A stretch of 54,073 nucleotides of DNA, from the IMG/VR virus record IMGVR_UViG_2061766007_000587, one strand, 5' to 3'. Position numbers and translations under genes: made by a program. A model generated the notes under the pieces. The model was not told where the DNA came from, searched no databases, and saw only the letters and a program-made list of their open reading frames with translations. Source of the stretch: an uncultured virus (IMG/VR IMGVR_UViG_2061766007_000587). Taxonomy: Duplodnaviria; Heunggongvirae; Uroviricota; Caudoviricetes. Every line of letters starts with the position of its first letter. Position 1 is the stretch's first letter. Of this stretch, positions 47,671 to 54,073 are shown piece after piece.

Positions 47671-48219
47671 ATGGCAATCATTAAACTTGAATTATCATCA
47701 TCGGATAACGACAAGCTGATGACCCTATGCGAAAAAGATGTCCTATTTACTGCTGCGAAATCATTGACTCAAACGGCACAAAAAGCACAGGAACAAATAC
47801 AACAGCATTTGCATTCCACCTTTGTGTTAAGAAAACCGAATTTTGAGAAATCGATCAAAGTGCGGCCAGCCACCAAAGAAACACTTCAAGCAAGTGTGTA
47901 TACGATGGCAGGCTTTGCAACATTGCAGCAAACAGGCGGTAGACGTATCGCAAAGACCGGACGGTTAGCAATTCCGCAGTACGATGACCTGCGTGAAATA
48001 AAAGCCGTCCGGAAAACCAATCAACCAGATTCATTTCTGATGACATTGAAGTCTGGCGGAATGGTTATCGCACGAAGAAAGAACAAAGACATTGAGATTT
48101 TATATCACATCAAAAACGTTGCGCTGGTTCCAAAGAGATTACAGATGCTCGAGATAGGAACGGAAACAGCACAGAAAGGGTTTTCCAAGATATTCTCGCA
48201 TAACTTGGAATCAAGCTAA
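47671..48219 (+). CDS. Phage minor tail/morphogenesis protein (gpZ-like)
   Basis: AAKSLTQTA...LQQTGGRR; second partial copy at 49311-49497. Confidence 0.5.
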   Translation: MAIIKLELSSSDNDKLMTLCEKDVLFTAAKSLTQTAQKAQEQIQQHLHSTFVLRKPNFEKSIKVRPATKETLQASVYTMAGFATLQQTGGRRIAKTGRLAIPQYDDLREIKAVRKTNQPDSFLMTLKSGGMVIARRKNKDIEILYHIKNVALVPKRLQMLEIGTETAQKGFSKIFSHNLESS

Positions 48220-48268
48220 GTGATCAAGTTAGTGATCAAGTTACCCCACAAGTTAAAAAGGAAAGGAT

Positions 48269-48876
48269 ATGAACATTGATTATAAAGATTTACAATTGGG
48301 TGTCGAATATGTCGATATCAACTTGATAAAACCTTTTTCTAAAAATCCAAGGACGCACACCAAGGAACAGATCCAACAGATCGTAACATCAATGATGAAA
48401 TTCGGTTGGGTCAATCCGATACTGGTTGATGAAAATTATGAAATCATCGCAGGTCATGGAAGATTGCTTGCTGGCCAAGAGTTAGGATATGAAAAGGTCC
48501 CTGTTGCACAACTGAAACATTTAACCAAAGATGAAAAGCTCGCATTATTGATTGCAGATAACAAAATCGCAGACAACGCAGGATGGGATGATGAATTGCT
48601 GCAACAGGCAATGGAAGAACTGCACAACGGCAAGTTCGATTTGGAGGCATTAGGATTTTCTAACAAGGAATTGGAAAAGATAAAAGCATCATTTGAGTCA
48701 GAAAAGCAAATGGCCGAAACCGAAGATGTTATACCTGCCATAGAACCGGAACAAGTGGTCAGCAAGATTGGCGACCTGTGGCAACTAGGCGAACATCGAT
48801 TGTTATGTGGTGATGCGTGCATACCAGAAAACTATGACAAACTGATGGATGGCGAGAAAGCTAACATGGTATTCAC
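48269..48876 (+). CDS. ParB-N/DNA methyltransferase, variant copy (cut by gap)
   Basis: KNPRTH, FGWVNPILVD, IIAGHGRL, HRLLCGD; ends at N gap. Confidence 0.8.
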
Positions 48877-48886
48877 NNNNNNNNNN

Positions 48887-49204
48887 CACCCCAGGGTTTG
48901 CATCTGGGTTTGTTGGTATCCATCTGCCTTTTTTAAGAATTTGTTCCTTTTGATAATCGTGCCAAATCGCCTCACATTCTTCGCATTTATAAACTGCCTC
49001 TGTGAGATTCTTTGGATCAAATATCACATTGCGCCAGCGCAACACTTGGTAATGACCGCAGTGCGGACATGGCACATAAAAGTATCGTTGATCGCCCTCC
49101 AAGAATGCCTGCTCAATTCTGCTCGCATCCTTGATGGTCGGTGTTGATACTACGAAGATTTTGCGGTTGTTGAACGTTGCAGTTCTTTGTACCGCCAAAT
49201 CTAC
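48887..49204 (-). other. Inverted terminase large-subunit fragment (probably mis-scaffolded)
   Basis: Encodes VDLAVQRTATFNNRK...CPHCG...WIPTNPDANPG, which bridges the gap at 52108-52260. Confidence 0.8.
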
Positions 49205-49698
49205 NNNNNNNNNNNNNNNNNNNNNNNNNNNNNNNNNNNNNNNNNNNNNNNNNNNNNNNNNNNNNNNNNNNNNNNNNNNNNNNNNNNNNNNNNNNNNNNN
49301 NNNNNNNNNNGGAATCATTTTTGATGAATCTGAAATCCGGTGGACTGGTTATCGCACGAAGAAAGAACAAAGACATTGAGATTTTATATCACATTAAAAA
49401 CGTTGCGCTGGTTCCAAAGAGATTACAGATGCTCGAAATAGGAACGGAAACAGCACAGAAAGAATTCCCTCGCATATTTTCTAAGAACTTACAATAGGTT
49501 GTTGAAAAAAATAGGTTCTGTCAGAAATAAAAACTATCGAGGGTAACGGCGAGCAAAACGCTTTGCTACACATAGAACAAAAAAGGTGTCCGCAGTCCGC
49601 ACCCTTATAACAAAAACCGCAGGAATCCGACACTTTATAAAGATAACCCCTGCGGACACATCTGATTAGGTGTCCGCACCCAACCAAAAGAGAAACGA

Positions 49699-51012
49699 AT
49701 GAACATTGATTTCAAAGAATTAGAATTGAACATAGAATATGTCGATATTGATTTGGTAAAACCATCAGACAAAAACCCACGCACACATACCAAGGAACAA
49801 GTGCAACAAATTGCAGATTCAATGTGTAAATTTGGTTGGGTCAATCCGATACTGGTTGATGAGAATTATGAAATCATCGCCGGACATGGAAGATTGATGG
49901 CTGGTAAATTGTTGGGTTACACCAAAGTACCAATCGCAAAATTATGTCACCTATCTGAAAAAGAAAAATTGGGATTACTGGTTGCAGACAACCGTATCAC
50001 AGAGAACGCAGGATGGGATGATGAAAAGCTGCAAGAAGTTATGCAGCAATTACACGATGAAAACTTTGACCTGTCTGTGCTTGGTTTTACAAACAAAGAA
50101 CTGGAAAAGTTTCGTGCAGAATTTGACAGTGAAATTGAGGCAGCAGCCATCGAAGATATAGTGCCAGACCAGACGGATAAAGTTATATCAAAACAAGGCG
50201 ATATATGGATACTTGGCGAACATCGTTTGTTATGCGGCGATGCATGCATAGCAGAAAACTATGACAAACTGATGAAAGGCGAAATGGCAAATATGGTATT
50301 CACTGATCCGCCATACAATGTCGCATACGATGAAAGCTTCCGGAACAAAAACGAAAAAGCAGAAAACCCAAGATTGATAAAGAACGATAACCTGGGTGAT
50401 GAGTTCCAAGAGTTCTTAACCAGAGCAATGGAAAATATCCTGGAACACACAAACGGATCACTATACATCTGCATGGGTGGCAGCGAACTGCATACGTTAT
50501 ACAAAGCATTTACAGATGCAGGTGGCAAGTTTGATGCATACATAGTATGGGTCAAAAACACCTTTGCGTTGTCCAGATCCAAATACCAACACCAACACGA
50601 ATGGATGGTGTTCGGCAATACTGAATCAGTATACAAAGAACAACACGAGGCAATCCTGTTGGGAAAGAATCCAGGCGACACTGCACCCTGGTACGGTGGT
50701 CGGAACCAAACAGATGTATGGAACTTTGACAAACCAACCAACAACGATTTGCATCCAACAATGAAACCTGTGGCATTGATAGAACGAGCTATCAACAATT
50801 CCAGCAGAACAATGGATATTGTGCTGGATGCGTTTGGTGGATCCGGATCAACACTGATAGCCGCAGAAAAGACAAACCGCCGCTGCAGAATGATAGAGCT
50901 GGACGAAAAGTACGTGGATACGATAGTCAAGAGATGGCAAGAATTCACAGGCCGAGATGCCATACACGAACAAACCGGCAAAACATTCAATGAACTAACA
51001 CAAGAACAATAA
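49699..51012 (+). CDS. Phage ParB-N domain fused to DNA methyltransferase
   Basis: IIAGHGR ParB motif; FTDPPYN, HPTMKP, LDAFGGSGST. Confidence 0.93.
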   Translation: MNIDFKELELNIEYVDIDLVKPSDKNPRTHTKEQVQQIADSMCKFGWVNPILVDENYEIIAGHGRLMAGKLLGYTKVPIAKLCHLSEKEKLGLLVADNRITENAGWDDEKLQEVMQQLHDENFDLSVLGFTNKELEKFRAEFDSEIEAAAIEDIVPDQTDKVISKQGDIWILGEHRLLCGDACIAENYDKLMKGEMANMVFTDPPYNVAYDESFRNKNEKAENPRLIKNDNLGDEFQEFLTRAMENILEHTNGSLYICMGGSELHTLYKAFTDAGGKFDAYIVWVKNTFALSRSKYQHQHEWMVFGNTESVYKEQHEAILLGKNPGDTAPWYGGRNQTDVWNFDKPTNNDLHPTMKPVALIERAINNSSRTMDIVLDAFGGSGSTLIAAEKTNRRCRMIELDEKYVDTIVKRWQEFTGRDAIHEQTGKTFNELTQEQ

Positions 51013-51027
51013 TAAGAAGAAACGATT

Positions 51028-51504
51028 ATGTTATTATCCAGGCGAGAATATGCAAAACACAGAGGTGTTGATGACAAGGCTGTACGCAATGCTATTGCGA
51101 CAGGCAGAATAACAACCATTCACGATATGATAGATCCCGAAGTTGCTGATAGGCAGTGGGATGAAAACACACGACACGAGTTCGCACCAAGAACACATAC
51201 AAACGATGATCGTGCAAGTTCAATCGCACAATCCAATCGGCAGAAAAAAGAAACTTTGGAAATCATGCTGAAGAAACTCGAATACGATGAAAAGTCTGGC
51301 AAGTTAATATCTCGTGAAGAGGTAGAAAGAGATGTTTTCAATGCGGCACGTGCAGCACGTGAATTATGGAGGGGCGTAGTACATAGAGTTGCACCGATGC
51401 TACTTTGCAAAACAGAGATCGCCGAAATAGAACAAATTCTGGATCCAGAAATAGGACCGTTTCTCGAAGTACTAACGAGTTGCTTACGTGGAAATAATAC
51501 ATGA
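51028..51504 (+). CDS. Terminase small subunit (Nu1-like)
   Basis: N-terminal HTH (SRREYAKHRGVDDKAVRNAI), KLEYDEKSGKLISREEV; directly upstream of GpA. Confidence 0.75.
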   Translation: MLLSRREYAKHRGVDDKAVRNAIATGRITTIHDMIDPEVADRQWDENTRHEFAPRTHTNDDRASSIAQSNRQKKETLEIMLKKLEYDEKSGKLISREEVERDVFNAARAARELWRGVVHRVAPMLLCKTEIAEIEQILDPEIGPFLEVLTSCLRGNNT

Positions 51505-53779
51505 CAGTTTAACAACTTGCTTACTAATTGATGGACTTGAATCAGACCCAATTCAAACAGTAACCGAATGGGCTGATAAACATAGATTTTTATCAAGTGT
51601 GTCTAGTAGTGAGCCAGGTAGATGGAAAACCGAAAGGACACCATACCTAAAAGAAATAATGGACTGCCTCTCACCAAGCCACCCCTGCGAAAAAGTGGTT
51701 TTCATGAAAGGCGCACAGGTAGGCGGTACGGAATGCGGAAACAACTGGATGGGTTTCTGCATTTGCAACGCACCAGGGCCGATGTTGATTGTAAATCCAA
51801 CAACAGAAACAGCCAAAAGAACATCCAGAATGCGTATTGATCCGGCAATAGAAAACTGTCCGGCATTACGTGAAAAGATAAAAAGCCCACGATCAAGGGA
51901 TAGCGGCAACACGATGCTGATGAAAGAATTCCCAGGTGGGATCTTGATCATGACCGGTGCGAATTCGCCAGTCGGATTACGATCACTTCCTGTTCGCTAC
52001 CTGTTCCTGGACGAGGTGGATGGCTTCCCAGATGAGGCTGGCACCGAGGGCGATCCGGTAGATTTGGCGGTACAAAGAACTGCAACGTTCAACAACCGCA
52101 AAATCTTNNNNNNNNNNNNNNNNNNNNNNNNNNNNNNNNNNNNNNNNNNNNNNNNNNNNNNNNNNNNNNNNNNNNNNNNNNNNNNNNNNNNNNNNNNNNN
52201 NNNNNNNNNNNNNNNNNNNNNNNNNNNNNNNNNNNNNNNNNNNNNNNNNNNNNNNNNNNNNAATTTGGCACGATTATCAAAAGGAACTGATTCTCAAAAA
52301 AGGCAGATGGATACCAACGAACCCAGATGCAAACCCTGGGGTTGTGTCGTTTCATTTGTCATCGTTATATTCGCCGCATGGCTGGACCAGCTGGACAAGC
52401 ATAGCGAGAGAGTTTCTAGATTCCAAAGACGACCCGTCACGTCTGCAGGTGTGGACCAACACAAAGCTGGCCGAAACCTGGGAAGACATGGCTGGCCAAC
52501 AAATAGACCCAACAAGTCTGATGGTACGCAGAGAAAAATGGGGTCCGGAACTGCCGAAACAGGTTGTGATATTGACCTGCGGCGTGGACGTGCAGGACAA
52601 CCGTTTGGAACTGGAAATCGTTGGCTGGGGTCGAGGCGAAGAATCCTGGTCTATCGATTACCACGTTCTGTATGGCGATCCAAGCACACCGGAACTGTGG
52701 GCGCAGTTAGACGAAGTGCTAAGCCGCAAATATCCNNNNNNNNNNGAGCATAGCAAGAGAGTTTTTAGATTCCAAAGACGACCCGTCACGTCTGCAGGTA
52801 TGGACCAACACAAAGCTGGCCGAAACCTGGGAAGACATGGCAGGCCAACANNNNNNNNNNTCACAGCAAAGATGTGCCGGACTTACCGATTGCAGCGACC
52901 TGTATCGACAGCGGTGGACACTATACGGATTACGTCATCAATTACTGCCACGCACGCAGACTGCATGGTGTGTTTGCCATCAAAGGTGTGGGTGGTGTTG
53001 GGAAACCGATATGGCCTGCAACAGCCAGTAAAAGTTATACCACGAAAAAGCCTGTCTATCTGATAGGTGTGAACGATGCAAAAGACATACTGATGCGCCG
53101 GTTACATTTGGAAGATAGCAGCGGACCTGGAATCTGGCACTTTCCAATGGATCGAGAATCCGATTGGTTTGAGCAGGTAACCAACGAGGTNNNNNNNNNN
53201 GCACAGCAAAGAGGTGCCGGACTTACCGATTGCAGCAACCTGCATCGACAGCGGTGGACACTATACGGATTACGTCATCAATTACTGTCACGCACGCAGA
53301 CTGCATGGTATATTTGCCATCAAAGGTGTGGGTGGTGTTGGGAAACCGATCTGGCCGGCAACAGCCAGTAAGAGTTATACCACGAAAAAGCCTGTCTATC
53401 TGATAGGTGTGAACGATGCAAANNNNNNNNNNATATCTGATAGGTGTGAACGATGCAAAAGACATACTGATGCGCCGGTTACANNNNNNNNNNTGCATCG
53501 AAGAAACTAAGCAAAGGTCGTTTGATCCGAGAATGGGTTCCACGCAAAGCAGGAGTCCGAACCGAGGGGTTGGACTGCCGAGTGTATGCATACGCAGCAC
53601 TGCGAGGACTGGTCCGGAACTTCCGGTTGAACCTGGACTTGGGCGCAGACAAACTGGCCGAAATCAAAATGAAACAACCACGCAAAGCAACGGTTCTGCA
53701 ACAACAAAACCGGATCGAGCCGTTAAGCCCGAGCCAACAACCACGAGGCAGAACAGTACGTAGCCGAGGTATAGAATGA
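51488..53779 (+). CDS. Terminase large subunit GpA (interrupted by assembly gaps and duplications)
   Basis: TVTEWADKHR, RTPYL, KGAQVGGTE, YLFLDEVD, GVDVQ, CIDSGG, EGLDCRVYA. Confidence 0.9.
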
Positions 53780-53997
53780 CAACAACAATAAGAATTAAAA
53801 CCTATGAGGAACAACTGGTCGAGGTGCAAGAGGCAATCACAGCAATCCTAACTGGTGCTCAAGAGGCATCGTATAACAATCAGAAAGTTAGGAAAGCAGA
53901 CCTATCTGCACTGCAGGCGAGAGAGGAATATCTGCAAAAACAAATCGCATTGAAAAAACGTGGTGGCATTCCAGTACGTGGGGCCACACCAGTCTAA
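53776..53997 (+). CDS. Head-tail joining protein (gpW-like)
   Basis: AITAILTGAQEASYNNQKVRKADL; lies between terminase and portal. Confidence 0.75.
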   Translation: MTTTIRIKTYEEQLVEVQEAITAILTGAQEASYNNQKVRKADLSALQAREEYLQKQIALKKRGGIPVRGATPV

Positions 53998-54008
53998 ACG
54001 GATGAACA

Positions 54009-54073
54009 ATGAACAAGATTAAAATACCACCGCAAAACTTTGTGGATAAAGCAATATCCTGGATCGCACCACA
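54009..54073 (+). CDS. Lambda-type portal protein, 5' end
   Basis: MNKIKIPPQNFVDKAISWIAP; synteny after gpW. Confidence 0.6.
   Translation, partial: MNKIKIPPQNFVDKAISWIAP

Larger units (their letters stand above)
40432..54073 (+). mobile_element. Lambdoid prophage (left part; continues beyond the window)
   Basis: att junction, xis/int, replication and late regulators, GpA terminase, gpW, portal. Confidence 0.9.

Noticed and set aside
48219..48254. 12-bp tandem repeat agtgatcaagtt as a functional element
   Set aside because: Only two perfect copies plus one degenerate, and absent before the second methyltransferase copy
48887..49204. Invertible terminase segment
   Set aside because: Bounded by N gaps and fills the 52108-52260 gap; no invertase or inverted repeats seen
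50259..51119. 286-aa minus-strand ORF (and similar antisense ORFs in the track)
   Set aside because: Shadow frame of a well-supported gene on the opposite strand

Overview
Low-GC bacterial scaffold, probably alphaproteobacterial (inferred from the 3824 HTH family and the prophage gene set), in three parts. (1) 1-5.6 kb host backbone: 3' end of clpB, an ORFan, an S8 protease, folD, a small HTH regulator, dapA and a truncated htpX remnant. (2) ~5.77-40.43 kb genomic island bounded by copies of a tRNA-Asn(GTT) anticodon-arm sequence (19 bp at 5765-5783; whole 3' half at 40386-40431). It has a tyrosine integrase/excisionase module and dense defence cargo: a RecD2-like helicase-nuclease, an SNF2-helicase/DUF4391/Mod/Res type III R-M operon, a DUF262-DUF1524 nuclease, Hachiman HamAB, a WYL regulator, an ADP-ribosylglycohydrolase, and vWA and DUF2779 genes. 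(3) 40.43 kb to the end: a lambdoid prophage apparently inserted in tandem at the same tRNA site (integrase, several AlpA-type HTH genes, replication gene, ParB-methyltransferase, terminase, gpW, start of portal). Its late region is gapped and appears to mix two related copies. The best novelty candidate is a ~225-nt structured non-coding transcription unit directly after the WYL gene, together with a palindromic box (consensus half-site AACTACG(A/T)C, 7-bp spacer) recurring at five intergenic positions in the island. Together they suggest a WYL + sRNA circuit controlling defence cargo. Family assignments come from motif recognition by eye, not database searches.
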